Of a DNA stretch of 64,000 bases, positions 1-9,811 are shown in pieces. This DNA comes from Spirulina sp. (GTDB taxonomy: Bacteria; Cyanobacteriota; Cyanobacteriia; Phormidesmidales; Phormidesmidaceae), in the NCBI GenBank assembly GCA_044070495.1, contig JBIPSI010000013.1:88581-152580 (forward strand), in the 5' to 3' direction. Under the pieces are notes generated by a model. It did not search any database and was not told the DNA's origin. It saw only the letters and a program-made list of their open reading frames with translations. Position 1 is the first letter of the stretch. The number at the start of each line of letters is the position of its first letter. A program made the translations under genes and the position numbers.

Positions 1-283
1 GCTGGATCAAATTCAGCTTCAGCGGGCCGACGATTTTCTGACGCGGCTAGAACGGTTTGAGCAGGTGAAGGTGGTGACCTTTGGCCATGCCCACCTAGAG
101 ATTGATCAACGGTGGGGCGAGGTTTGCTACTACGGCTGTCCCTCCACCGTGCACCAGGTGACGCCCACCCAGCCCAGCCCCAACCACGATCAACCGGGCT
201 TTCGGCTGATCACCCTCCATCCCAACGGCCAGCACCAGACCGAGGTGCGGCGGGTGGCCCTTACGGTTGCGGTGGGGGGCTAG
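1..283 (+). CDS. C-terminal part of an Icc/CpdA-like metallophosphoesterase (cyclic nucleotide phosphodiesterase); 5' end lies outside the window
   Basis: Open frame from the window edge: ...VKVVTFGHAH...YYGCPST...PGFRLITLHPNG, matching the GHxH and PST motifs at the C-terminus of CpdA-type enzymes. Confidence 0.75.
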   Translation, partial: LDQIQLQRADDFLTRLERFEQVKVVTFGHAHLEIDQRWGEVCYYGCPSTVHQVTPTQPSPNHDQPGFRLITLHPNGQHQTEVRRVALTVAVGG

Positions 284-287
284 GGCT

Positions 288-1382
288 ATGGTGCTAAAAC
301 TGACGCTGCCCAAACTAGCTTCGGCCAAATCCCTTTGTCCCCCCGTCAGCCCGATTCCCGCGCCCAGACCTAGCCATTACCTGGGACTATGGGGGCTGCT
401 GGGGGTTTTGCTGTTCGCCTTTTTGGTCAGCTTGGCCCTGGGGTCGGTAACGATTCCCCTGTCGGAGGTGGTCACCATTCTGCTGGGGGGAGAACCCAGC
501 CGTGCCCCCTGGCGCGACATTGTGCTGAACTTTCGCCTACCCCGATCCCTCACCGCCATGGCCGCCGGATCGGCTCTGGCCGTCAGCGGGTTGCAGCTTC
601 AGGCGCTATTTCGCAATCCCCTGGCGGGGCCGTCGATTCTGGGCATCAACGCTGGGGCGAGTTTGGGCGCGGCCCTGGTGGTGCTGACTGGGGGCCTAAC
701 GGGTTGGGCGGCGGTGGGTTGGCTGGGGCAGTTTAGCCTGGTAGGGGCCGCCAGCCTCGGTGCCGCCGCCGCCATGGTGTTGGTGATGGGGGTGGCCCAC
801 CGTGTCCGCAATTCCCTGGCGCTGCTGATTTTTGGCCTCATGTTGGGCTATGTCACCACCGCTCTGGTCACGATTCTGCTGCACTTCAGTTCTATCGACC
901 AAACCCTGGCCTACCTAAGCTGGACCTTCGGCAGCTTTGCGGGCGTCACCTGGGCGCAGATTCCGGTACTGGTGACGATTATCCTGGGCGGGCTAGGGCT
1001 GGCCTACCTGACGGGCAAACCGCTCAACCTACTACTGCTGGGGGAAGAACAGGCCCTTAGCCTCGGTCTTTCCCTCAGGCTAACGCGGCTGTATTTGATC
1101 CTCAGTTCCTCGCTGCTAGCGGGTACCGTCACGGCCTTCTGCGGCCCCATTGCCTTTTTGGGGGTGGCCGTTCCCCACCTGGGTCGCAGCCTGTTTCGCA
1201 CCCTCGACCATCGGGTGCTAATTCCCGCCTCCATCCTCATCGGTGCCCTGTTGGCCTTGGTGGCCGATGGTATTGCCCAACTGCCCGGTAGCCAGGTGAT
1301 GCTGCCCCTCAATGCCGTTACCGCCCTGATTGGTGCCCCGGTGTTGATTGGTCTCATGCTAAAACGTCAGGGTCGCCTGTGA
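288..1382 (+). CDS. FecCD/BtuC-family iron-siderophore or cobalamin ABC transporter permease
   Basis: RLPRSL, LFRNPLAGPSILGINAGA, GEEQALSLG and GPIAFLGVAVPH motifs; multiple TM helices; ATG at 288. Confidence 0.92.
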   Translation: MVLKLTLPKLASAKSLCPPVSPIPAPRPSHYLGLWGLLGVLLFAFLVSLALGSVTIPLSEVVTILLGGEPSRAPWRDIVLNFRLPRSLTAMAAGSALAVSGLQLQALFRNPLAGPSILGINAGASLGAALVVLTGGLTGWAAVGWLGQFSLVGAASLGAAAAMVLVMGVAHRVRNSLALLIFGLMLGYVTTALVTILLHFSSIDQTLAYLSWTFGSFAGVTWAQIPVLVTIILGGLGLAYLTGKPLNLLLLGEEQALSLGLSLRLTRLYLILSSSLLAGTVTAFCGPIAFLGVAVPHLGRSLFRTLDHRVLIPASILIGALLALVADGIAQLPGSQVMLPLNAVTALIGAPVLIGLMLKRQGRL

Positions 1383-1415
1383 TCCTGAATCTTGCGTGCG
1401 TGCCCCGGCATTAGC

Positions 1416-1439
1416 GGGCGAGGAGACCTCGCCCCTACG
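1416..1439. repeat. REP-like palindrome GGGCGAGGAGACCTCGCCCCTACG, copy 1
   Basis: Hairpin; near-identical copies at 5407 and 24761 with similar flanks. Confidence 0.85.
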
Positions 1440-1488
1440 GTTGGTTGGGTTGGGTTAGGAATTGGGACTATGGAATTCGGCTTTGGGG

Positions 1489-4400
1489 TTAGATCACAAC
1501 GGCTCCGAGGGATTTCAGGATAGCCATTTCCGACGGTGAAAGCCCCTTGGCATCGCGGATGTTGGCTCCGGCGTAGGGGCGGTCGGGATGAAAAACACGC
1601 TCACAATGGCCGAGGGCCAGGTTCCAGAGGCGTATTTCATGGTCTTGGCTGGCGGTGGCCAAATGGGTACGGTCGGGACAAACTAGGGCCGTCCAGGGGG
1701 GCTGACTATGGCCCCTGAGGGTGTAGCGCAGACGGTGGGTTTGCACCTCCCAGATGGCCAAGTCGGCGGCTTGGCTGGTGATGGCGAGGACGACACCGCT
1801 GGGGTCTACGGCAACACTGTGAACCCAGTGGCCATCGGGGGGAGACCAGATTCCCAGGGTGCGGCCTTGGGCCACATTCCACCAGCGCACGGTGCCATCG
1901 TGGCTGGCGCTGACGAGAGATTGGCCATCGGCCCCCACCCCCAGGCTATGAACTAGGCGCTGATGCCCGGTTAGCAGTTGAGGAACAGAGGCAGCGGCTG
2001 ACTGGGGCCAGATTTCGATAGTGCCATCCCTAGCCCCGACAATCAGGGTCGGGTTGTCGCTACCCTCCCCAAAGGTCAGGGCCATCGGGGGTACAGGGCG
2101 ACGGATCCCTTCGTGTCGTCGTTGACCATCCGCCACCGACCACAGGTGAAGGGTATCCTCTGGGCCAACCGTGGCAAGGGACTGGCCATCGGGGCTGAAG
2201 GCGATCAGATGAACAGGAACAGAAACCGACCAGCGGCATTCTCCGGTGGGGATGTGCCACAGGCTCAGGCCAGAATCGGCGGCGGCCCTGGCGCACCACT
2301 GGCCATCGGCACTCAGGGCAACGGCCTGAAGAGGGCTGTGGGGACTAGGACTGGCTGCACTGAGAACCTGGGGTACAGGGCTTTGGGAGGATCTGCGATC
2401 CCCTGTTGCCTGAGGCCACAGTCGCAGGCGAGCGTCTCGGTGCCCCGTGAGCACCTGATTCCCCTGGGCACTCACCGCCAGGTGGCTGACGGGGTGAGCC
2501 TGACTGAGGAAACGCCGCAGTTCTGTGCCGGTATTGGCCTGCCACAGGTGCAGCCGATAGTCGCCGCCCGTCACCAAATAGTCGCTATCGGGGCTAAAGT
2601 CTAGCAGCCACACGGGGGAATCCGCCGGAGGCAAGGTGTAGCAGAGGGATCGGCTGGGAATATCCCACACGACGACGCTAAAGTCTTGGCGGCTACAGGC
2701 CAAATACCGACCATCGGGGCTGAGGGTGAGGGCAGGCAGGGTGCGCACGTCGGCGGGGAGCATCCAGCAAGAACGCCCGGTTCGCACATCCCAAAGGGTG
2801 AGGCAGTGCTCGTCGTAGCCCGCCGCAAAGGGCATCGGGGGCAGGGTGGGATCGTTGGGGTCGGGCAAAAAACCAGCGGATCGGACAGTAGCGGTGACCG
2901 GAGCCTGAAATGCTGTAATCGGGCTGTCCTGGGTTTGGCCGCCCTGGGAGAGATCCCACAGACAGGTAACCTGGTCATCCCCTCCGCTGACGAGGCGATC
3001 CCCCGCCTCGTTAAAGGCGATGCTGTGGATGGCTCCCTGGTGTGTGTTCCAACAGACCCAACACCGCCCTGAAGCCACTTCCCATAGCCGCAGTTCGCCG
3101 TTACGGTCTCCAGAGGCCAGCCAAGCCCCATCGCCGCTGAAAGCCACCGTCTGCACCGCTGCCCCGTGGCCGCTCAGGGTGTCGGATCGGGCCTTGCCCC
3201 CCATCGGCCACAGCCAAATTTGTCCGGTATCGCTGCCAATGGCCAGGGTGCCACCATCGGGGCTAACGGCGAGGGACTGAACCGCCAGGGCTTCGCCGTC
3301 ATCCATCACCTGCACCAGTCGCCCCCGATTCACCTCCCACAGCAGCAGGCGACCATCCTGATCGCCCGTCACCATCAGCCGCTCGTCGGGCTTGGGGGCA
3401 GCCTTAGACCGAGGAGAAGGGAGCGGACAAAAGGCCACCCTGGGGCTGCGACCGAGGGCGGTGGCCAAGGCGGTTTCGCGAAACTGCACCTGGCTGAGGT
3501 TGGCCCCCTGCAAACTTACCTGCCGCAGGTCGGCCTGCCACAGGGCTAGATCAGAGAAATCGACCCCACTGACGCTGACGCCCAGGGCTTGGCAGAGATG
3601 CAGCCAGTTGGCCGCCCCAAATCCGGGTTGGCCCCGATACCGCTGGCGCAGGGTCTGCAACCGTTGATGGCAGGCCTGCACCAAATCCGCCTGATGCGGA
3701 AACTGGCGCTGCAACTGTTGAGCCAGGGGCACCACGTAGGCCGCCCGCTGGGCCTCCTGCACCGCTTCCTGGGCCGCCATCGTCACTAGGGGCAACCGCT
3801 GAAGCCAGTGGAACTCCCCGGCCAAAAGTTCCTGGGTCAATTGCGTCAGAAGCTGATCCTTAACCAGGGCACGTACCAGGGGTGGCAGGTCAATGAGGGG
3901 TTGGGTTGGGGCCGATGGAATGGCGGACGCCGGGGTTTGGGCTTGGCAAAGGCATCGATCCACGAGGGACTGCACCACCGCTGGCTCTGGGCGATTCGGC
4001 ATTGCCGTTTGCAGATCCGCCAGGGCCATGGGGGCATGGGCGAGGGCTACCCAATACAGCAGGGTTTCTTCCTCAGGGGTGAGCCGTTGCAGCAGAGCGG
4101 CTAGGTCCCGACGCACAGCGTCGGGGATAGGGTGCTGGGTTTGGGCCAACAGGGGGGATAGCTGGCCCTGGTAGACCGTCTGTAGAGTGGTGGCCACACT
4201 ACGCAGAAACATCGGATTGCCGCCGTAGCGCTGCCAGAAGGCTTCCCCTTGGTCGGGCGTGGCGGGTAGCACCCCCTGTCGCTGAAGTAAGGTCTGGGTA
4301 TCTGCCGCGTCCAAGTCTTGTAGACGGTAGTCCCGCGCCCGTGGCCCCATCCACTGGAACCGATCCGCCGGAGGTTCGCGACCCATGAGGACGACACAGC

Positions 4401-5223
4401 CGGGGTGTTGCCCCGTCGCCCAGCGCTGGATGAGCTGCTGAAGGGCCTCGGTGTGGAGTCGATAGTGGCCCGCTCGCTGGTGGGGGACAAAGCACCCCTC
4501 TAGGTGATCCACCACCAGCAGACAGCGCTGGCGGCTAAACTTTGCCATCACCCCATCCACCGAAACCGTCTGGGCAACTTCCCCAGGAGACAACCAGGTG
4601 GCTAGGGCGGTCAACAGCGCCTCATCGCCGGGGCAATCCGCCATGTCTAGATAGCCACAGCGCTCCACAGTGGGGCCAAGGCGCTGGAGAAGCTGCCCCG
4701 CCAGGGCGGTTTTACCCAAACCGGGCAATCCCCACAGCAGCACTAGCCCACAGGAACCATCGGCCATCCCCTCCCCGGTAATCCACTGGGTCAGGGTAGC
4801 GAGTTCCTCGGCGCGACCGCAAAAACCTGCCACCTCCACCGCAGGGGCGACCTGCACCGAAGTCGTTACCGTCGCCCCCACCGTCCTTGAGGAAGCTGAA
4901 TTGACGGGTGGCTCAGCATCGCGAGGTTGACTAGATTTCCGCTGCTTGGCCCAGGTACGCAGCACATTTTGCAAATTGCGCTTCGTGACCTTAATGCCCT
5001 GGTGATTGATGTCCACCAATTTCGACAGCAGATGCCACAGATTGGGGCCAACATCCTTTTTTAAGTAATCTTCGGAATAGCCCACCGCCTGCTTGGCTAT
5101 GGCCCCGTAGGTTTGGTTCTCCCAGGCCCCCTTCAGCACCAAACGCTCAACGTCCCTAAGGGGGCGTCCGATTTGCTCTAGGGCCACCTGATTGATCAGC
5201 CCTGCAATATCCTCAAAGTCCAT
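1489..5223 (-). CDS. STAND-class (NB-ARC/NACHT-like) P-loop NTPase with N-terminal wHTH, pentapeptide segment and WD40 repeats
   Basis: Walker A GLPGLGKT, Walker B LLVVD, pentapeptide-like SGVDFSDLALWQADLRQVSLQGANL, many GH...W(D/E/N) repeats, C-terminal RPYxGxNI...GL...LKSLGA typical of cyanobacterial homologues. Confidence 0.9.
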   Translation of the reverse strand: MDFEDIAGLINQVALEQIGRPLRDVERLVLKGAWENQTYGAIAKQAVGYSEDYLKKDVGPNLWHLLSKLVDINHQGIKVTKRNLQNVLRTWAKQRKSSQPRDAEPPVNSASSRTVGATVTTSVQVAPAVEVAGFCGRAEELATLTQWITGEGMADGSCGLVLLWGLPGLGKTALAGQLLQRLGPTVERCGYLDMADCPGDEALLTALATWLSPGEVAQTVSVDGVMAKFSRQRCLLVVDHLEGCFVPHQRAGHYRLHTEALQQLIQRWATGQHPGCVVLMGREPPADRFQWMGPRARDYRLQDLDAADTQTLLQRQGVLPATPDQGEAFWQRYGGNPMFLRSVATTLQTVYQGQLSPLLAQTQHPIPDAVRRDLAALLQRLTPEEETLLYWVALAHAPMALADLQTAMPNRPEPAVVQSLVDRCLCQAQTPASAIPSAPTQPLIDLPPLVRALVKDQLLTQLTQELLAGEFHWLQRLPLVTMAAQEAVQEAQRAAYVVPLAQQLQRQFPHQADLVQACHQRLQTLRQRYRGQPGFGAANWLHLCQALGVSVSGVDFSDLALWQADLRQVSLQGANLSQVQFRETALATALGRSPRVAFCPLPSPRSKAAPKPDERLMVTGDQDGRLLLWEVNRGRLVQVMDDGEALAVQSLAVSPDGGTLAIGSDTGQIWLWPMGGKARSDTLSGHGAAVQTVAFSGDGAWLASGDRNGELRLWEVASGRCWVCWNTHQGAIHSIAFNEAGDRLVSGGDDQVTCLWDLSQGGQTQDSPITAFQAPVTATVRSAGFLPDPNDPTLPPMPFAAGYDEHCLTLWDVRTGRSCWMLPADVRTLPALTLSPDGRYLACSRQDFSVVVWDIPSRSLCYTLPPADSPVWLLDFSPDSDYLVTGGDYRLHLWQANTGTELRRFLSQAHPVSHLAVSAQGNQVLTGHRDARLRLWPQATGDRRSSQSPVPQVLSAASPSPHSPLQAVALSADGQWCARAAADSGLSLWHIPTGECRWSVSVPVHLIAFSPDGQSLATVGPEDTLHLWSVADGQRRHEGIRRPVPPMALTFGEGSDNPTLIVGARDGTIEIWPQSAAASVPQLLTGHQRLVHSLGVGADGQSLVSASHDGTVRWWNVAQGRTLGIWSPPDGHWVHSVAVDPSGVVLAITSQAADLAIWEVQTHRLRYTLRGHSQPPWTALVCPDRTHLATASQDHEIRLWNLALGHCERVFHPDRPYAGANIRDAKGLSPSEMAILKSLGAVVI

Positions 5224-5406
5224 GGGTACAAGGCCCGCTAGCAACCCCTGATGGTTAGGGCCTAGTCTAACCTGAATAATTCAGAACTTTCCAGAACTTG
5301 CTAACGTTAACCCCTGGCGATCTGATCGCCGAATACATCGCCCCTGTGGGTTAGGGGCAGCGCAGCAGAACCCAACACCCGCCAGTAGGTTATCCCCAGT
5401 TTAGGT

Positions 5407-5430
5407 GGGCGAGGAGACCTCGCCCCCACG
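5407..5430. repeat. REP-like palindrome, copy 2
   Basis: GGGCGAGGAGACCTCGCCCCCACG. Confidence 0.85.
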
Positions 5431-5477
5431 TAGGGTTAAACGGATCGGGAATCGGGGTATGGAATTTGGATGGAGAA

Positions 5478-6554
5478 CTAGTAGCGTAGGGTTAGGGCAA
5501 TGCGCTGAGCATTGGGCAGAGAGCCGTCCTCCATCAGCATCACGTCGCCACCCTTGGCCAGAACCGCTTCGATGATTTCGTCTACGGCGTCATCCATTAC
5601 GTCCGTGCCACCCGGTTCAGCTACGGTTTCGAGGCCACCCTTTGCGGTGACGATGGCGGGAACGTGGTAGCCCTTTTCCACCAGCAGCAGTTTGCCTCGT
5701 CCATCGTTGGCCAGTCGCCAGACTTCCTCGATGGTGGAAACCACTTTACCTTCGCCCGTGGCGGTATCGAGGTCTTGGAGGGCGGCTTCCCGCTGTTGGG
5801 TGCGTACGCCTTCGATCATCGGCCACACCTGCGGCGCTAGCTCAGACAGCGTGGCTTTGTCAAAGTTGCCCGTTAGGGTACCCGCCACCAGGTTGGTGTA
5901 TTGAGACACCTCCTGGAAGAAGGAAATTTGTCGCACCACGCCACCGAGCACGATGGGTAGGCTGTCATCTTCGGCATAGGCGGTGAAGGCTTGATCCACC
6001 TGCTGGAAGAAACGGCGGTGACGGTCGTCTACATAGGCGGAATCGGCGCTGTCGGGTAGGGCGGTGGTAGCACCGGGGCCTTCCATCGCCATCGGGAATT
6101 GGCCATCGGTAACTTCCTCTAGGGTGTCCCCGGTTCCGGCCAGCAGGCGGGTTAGCCCTTGGCTCAGCAAAAAGACCCAGTAGCGCTGGGCGCGGTGCAG
6201 ACCGTAGACCAAATCCCGCGTGGCAAAGGTTTGATCAATCACCACCCGATGGGGCACGGTGAAGGGCAGGTAGAATTTCTTAGCAATGTCGTGGCTGACG
6301 AACAGGGCCAAGCCATCGAGGGCGTAGGTGTAGTCAATATCGTTGACGAGATCGTCTAGGTTTTTCAGCAGCGGCTCTAGGTCGCGGGTAGAAAACTCCT
6401 GGGAAAGCCGATCCTTAGCCTCGTTCACCAGGTTTTTGACGAGGATGGGATCTTGTTTGTTGTCCGGTGACGTGCGGTGGGTAGGCAGCAAAATCGACAG
6501 AGCAGGAACTTTTGTCAGTGCTTGCAGTTCCTTGACATCATGGCGGGTAATCAT
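5478..6554 (-). CDS. Bacterial archaeo-eukaryotic release factor family protein (baeRF3-like)
   Basis: N-terminal PALSILLPTHRTSPDNKQDPI, DGLALF, TFATRDL, RRFFQQVD, LPIVLGG, and C-terminal DDAVDEIIEAVLAKGG...IALTLRY. Confidence 0.8.
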   Translation of the reverse strand: MITRHDVKELQALTKVPALSILLPTHRTSPDNKQDPILVKNLVNEAKDRLSQEFSTRDLEPLLKNLDDLVNDIDYTYALDGLALFVSHDIAKKFYLPFTVPHRVVIDQTFATRDLVYGLHRAQRYWVFLLSQGLTRLLAGTGDTLEEVTDGQFPMAMEGPGATTALPDSADSAYVDDRHRRFFQQVDQAFTAYAEDDSLPIVLGGVVRQISFFQEVSQYTNLVAGTLTGNFDKATLSELAPQVWPMIEGVRTQQREAALQDLDTATGEGKVVSTIEEVWRLANDGRGKLLLVEKGYHVPAIVTAKGGLETVAEPGGTDVMDDAVDEIIEAVLAKGGDVMLMEDGSLPNAQRIALTLRY

Positions 6555-6765
6555 TCACTCGTTCCTATGGATGGGCTTGGGACACACAGCTTTGTGCAGG
6601 CCTTCTTTTACAAGCAGTTCTGTACAAACTGAGGGCCACCAGCCCATACCTCGCCACAAACCTGTAATGCCCCTAGCAGCCTAAGCCGTAACCCTAGGAA
6701 ACCCATAGGAAAAGCGGATAAAGTTCACAATGACGGGCCTAGGGAAAACCTTGTTGAGGCGAGGG

Positions 6766-7743
6766 CTACGGTTCTGAGATCGTGCCACCGAGATTTTCCA
6801 CAATGGCGCGGGTATTAGCGGCCATCATCCTGAGATAGCTGTCGCCCTCACTGCCGGGGACACCGATGGAGTCGGCGTAGAGTTCCTGTTCAGCTAGGGT
6901 CACTCCAGCTTCCTGGGCCACGGTGCGAATTAACTGAGGGTTGAGGGTGGTTTCGGCAAAGATGGCAGGCACGCCCAAATCCTGAATTACCGTCACCAAC
7001 TGCTGCACGGTTTGGGCGCTGGGCTGTTCCTCGGTGCTAATGCCGATCAGGGTTCCGGCCACCGTGAGGCCATAGGCGTTGGCGTAGTACTGAAAGGCAT
7101 CGTGGGTGGTCACAAGCTGGCGCTGATTGGGGGGAATGGTGGCGGTTTGCGTTCCAATCCAGTCGTGCAGTTGGTTGAGTTCTTCAATGTAGTCGGCGGC
7201 GTTGGCGGTGAAGGTGTCTGCCTGATCAGGATCTAACTCAATCAGCGCATCCCGAATCGCTTCCACCATGGGCACCACATTACTCACATCGCCCCACACA
7301 TGGGGATCCGGTACCGATTGCCCCTCCTCTTCCAAATTCAAGGGCGGCACCACTTCCGCCACCGCGAGGTGCTGGGCATTGGCTCCGGCGGCGGTCAACA
7401 GGCGAATCAGCCCTGGCTCTAGGTTGTAGCCGTTGTAGAGAATCAGGTCGGCCTGCTCGAAAGCCACACTGTCGGCGGGGACGGGTTCGTACACATGGGG
7501 ATCGGTACCGGGCTGGAGAATGCTGGTGAGTTCAATCTGGTCGCCGCCAATCTGCTCGGCCCAGTCGGCAATGAGGGTACTGGTGGCCACCACGGCGGGC
7601 CGCTCCTCCGAGTCAGACCCGCTAACGCCAGAACTCCCCTGTTCGACGGAGTCACAGCCCGCTAATCCTGCCCCAACGACCGATAACAACAGGACAAAGG
7701 CTCGATAGCGTGGGGATAGGGAGAAGTTCATCATTCGTTGCAT
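6766..7743 (-). CDS. mntC: Mn/Zn ABC transporter substrate-binding lipoprotein
   Basis: Lipobox LAGC; DPHVYEP, DPHVW, TTHDAFQY, IFAE and YADS motifs; divergent from mntAB. Confidence 0.9.
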   Translation of the reverse strand: MQRMMNFSLSPRYRAFVLLLSVVGAGLAGCDSVEQGSSGVSGSDSEERPAVVATSTLIADWAEQIGGDQIELTSILQPGTDPHVYEPVPADSVAFEQADLILYNGYNLEPGLIRLLTAAGANAQHLAVAEVVPPLNLEEEGQSVPDPHVWGDVSNVVPMVEAIRDALIELDPDQADTFTANAADYIEELNQLHDWIGTQTATIPPNQRQLVTTHDAFQYYANAYGLTVAGTLIGISTEEQPSAQTVQQLVTVIQDLGVPAIFAETTLNPQLIRTVAQEAGVTLAEQELYADSIGVPGSEGDSYLRMMAANTRAIVENLGGTISEP

Positions 7744-7751
7744 GGGCTACA

Positions 7752-7804
7752 TTTCATATTCCTTTCATTTTTACGGTACAATATTTTTCATAATCGTTTC
7801 ATTT
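7752..7804. promoter_or_regulatory. Two ManR-type direct-repeat boxes in the mntC/mntA divergent promoter
   Basis: Minus strand AAATGAAAGGAATATGAAA (7752-7770) and AAATGAAACGATTATGAAAA (7785-7804) resemble the ATGA-N7-ATGA ManR site of cyanobacterial mnt promoters. Confidence 0.75.
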
Positions 7805-7854
7805 TTGAAAAACCTCGTTTCTGGCCCTCACCCCCAACCCCTCTCCCAGGGAGG

Positions 7855-8020
7855 CTACTGCTTATACACATCTTGCTTTTATGCCACAAGTCCTTGGAGA
7901 TCCCCCTAAATCCCCCTTGAAAAGGGGGACTTTGATTCCGGTTCCCCCCCTTCCCAAGGGGGGCTAGGGGGGATCATCTCTAGGAACCCAGCGGAATAGC
8001 GACTTGTGTATAAGCGGTAA
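7855..8020. mobile_element. MITE, 166 bp, with 10-bp target-site duplication (Nezha/IS4-like architecture)
   Basis: TIRs CTACTGCTTATACACA / TGTGTATAAGCGGTAA; direct repeat CCCAGGGAGG at 7845-7854 and 8021-8030. Confidence 0.85.
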
Positions 8021-8068
8021 CCCAGGGAGGGGAGGGCCACCCAGACTCGGCTATCCTTGGAAACTCCT

Positions 8069-8845
8069 ATGGCACCCCGTTCTAACCGCATCCCCAATCC
8101 TGCCGCCCCAGGCACCCCCATCATCACCGTGGATCACCTCACGGTGAACTACCGCGACACCCAGGCGTTGCGGAACATCAACGTAACGGTGCGGCCTGGT
8201 CGGTTGGTGGGCATTTTCGGCCCCAATGGCGCAGGCAAAAGCACCCTGATGAAGGCCATGCTGGGGCTAATTCCGGTGGTGACGGGGATGGTGACCTACG
8301 GCGACGACACCCTAGCGCATCAGTTGGATCGGGTGGCCTACGTGCCCCAGCGATCCCAGATTGACTGGACGTTTCCCGCCACGGTGTGGGATGTGGTGAT
8401 GATGGGTCGGGTGAAGAAAACCGGTTGGCTGAACCGCTTTTCCGTCACCAGCCGCCAAATTGCTAAGGATGCCCTGGATCGGGTGGGGATGCTGGAGTTT
8501 AAAGACCGCCCCATTGGTGCCCTTTCGGGGGGACAGCAGCAGCGGGTATTTTTGGCCCGTGCCTTGGCCCAGGAGGCAGATATTTTCTGCTTTGATGAAC
8601 CTTTTGTAGGGGTGGATCAAAAAACGGAAGCGGTGATTTTCCAGATTTTCCGTGAGTTAGCCGACGCTGGGAAAACTGTCCTGGTGGTGAACCATGACCT
8701 GGGCGAATCCATCACCAATTTTGATCAGATTATTCTGCTCAACAAAGAACTGATTGCCGCTGGCCCCCGCGACTGGGTGCTCACCCGCGATAACATGACC
8801 CGTGCCTACGGTGGCCACATTGGTTTCTTTGGCCATGTTGCCTAG
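8069..8845 (+). CDS. mntA: Mn ABC transporter ATP-binding protein
   Basis: GPNGAGKST, LSGGQQQRVFLARAL, DEPFVGVD, NHDL. Confidence 0.92.
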   Translation: MAPRSNRIPNPAAPGTPIITVDHLTVNYRDTQALRNINVTVRPGRLVGIFGPNGAGKSTLMKAMLGLIPVVTGMVTYGDDTLAHQLDRVAYVPQRSQIDWTFPATVWDVVMMGRVKKTGWLNRFSVTSRQIAKDALDRVGMLEFKDRPIGALSGGQQQRVFLARALAQEADIFCFDEPFVGVDQKTEAVIFQIFRELADAGKTVLVVNHDLGESITNFDQIILLNKELIAAGPRDWVLTRDNMTRAYGGHIGFFGHVA

Positions 8846-9785
8846 TGGGGCTATTGATATCGCGATGCCGCCTAGTTTGGCCCTCCTGAATTGGTTCTAT
8901 GAACCCCTGCAATTTGCCTTCATGCAGCGCTCCTTGGCGGTGGCGATTATGGTGGGGATCATCTGCTCGGTGGTAGGCAGCTATTTAATGGTGCAGCGCC
9001 TTGCCCTGCTGGGGGATGCCATTAGCCATTCGGTGCTGCCCGGATTGGCCATTGCCTTTTGGCTGGGGGTAAATATCTTTGTGGGGGCGTTCATCGCTGG
9101 GGTGCTTAGCACCGTTTTGATAGCCTGGATTCACCGCCGATCTCCCATCAAAGAAGATGCGGCCATGGGGATTGTGTTTTCGGCCTTTTTTGCCCTTGGC
9201 ATTACGTTAATTACTACTATTCAAAAAGACAACAAAATTGACCTCAATCACTTTCTGTTTGGTAATATTCTGGGCGTTACGGCGGGGGATGTGCGGGATA
9301 CGGCCATCATCGCGACCCTAGTGTTGGTGGTGGTGCTGCTGCTCTATAAAGAACTTCTTTTCTACAGCTTTGATCCCCTCGGTGCCCAGGCCAGCGGATT
9401 GCCCACGGGCTGGCTCAACACCGGGCTGATGGTGCTGATTGCCCTCACCGTGGTGGCCAGCATGAAGGTGGTCGGCGTTATCCTCGTGTTGGCGCTGCTG
9501 ATTACCCCCGGTGCAGCGGCCTATTTGTTGGTGCCCCGCCTGCACCAAGTCATGGTTCTGGGGGCGGGGATTGGGATAATCTCCAGCATCAGCGGCATGT
9601 ACCTGAGCTACTACTTCAACCTGCCCTCTGGCCCCGCCATTGTGCTGGTGGTGTCGATTTTCTTTGCCCTGGCGTTTCTCTTCAGCCCTCGCCATGGCGT
9701 GTTGACACATCGACCCCGCCGCCCAAGGCCGTCCCCAACATCCATGGATGGTCTTGGGCGGGAAGACGAGAGCCTTGAACCCTAG
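8835..9785 (+). CDS. mntB: Mn ABC transporter permease (ABC-3 family)
   Basis: LLGDAISHSVLPG, EDAAMG, LFGNILG, PSGPAIV. Confidence 0.92.
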   Translation: MLPSGAIDIAMPPSLALLNWFYEPLQFAFMQRSLAVAIMVGIICSVVGSYLMVQRLALLGDAISHSVLPGLAIAFWLGVNIFVGAFIAGVLSTVLIAWIHRRSPIKEDAAMGIVFSAFFALGITLITTIQKDNKIDLNHFLFGNILGVTAGDVRDTAIIATLVLVVVLLLYKELLFYSFDPLGAQASGLPTGWLNTGLMVLIALTVVASMKVVGVILVLALLITPGAAAYLLVPRLHQVMVLGAGIGIISSISGMYLSYYFNLPSGPAIVLVVSIFFALAFLFSPRHGVLTHRPRRPRPSPTSMDGLGREDESLEP

Positions 9786-9811
9786 ACTCAGTAGATCACA
9801 AAGTCCCCGCA

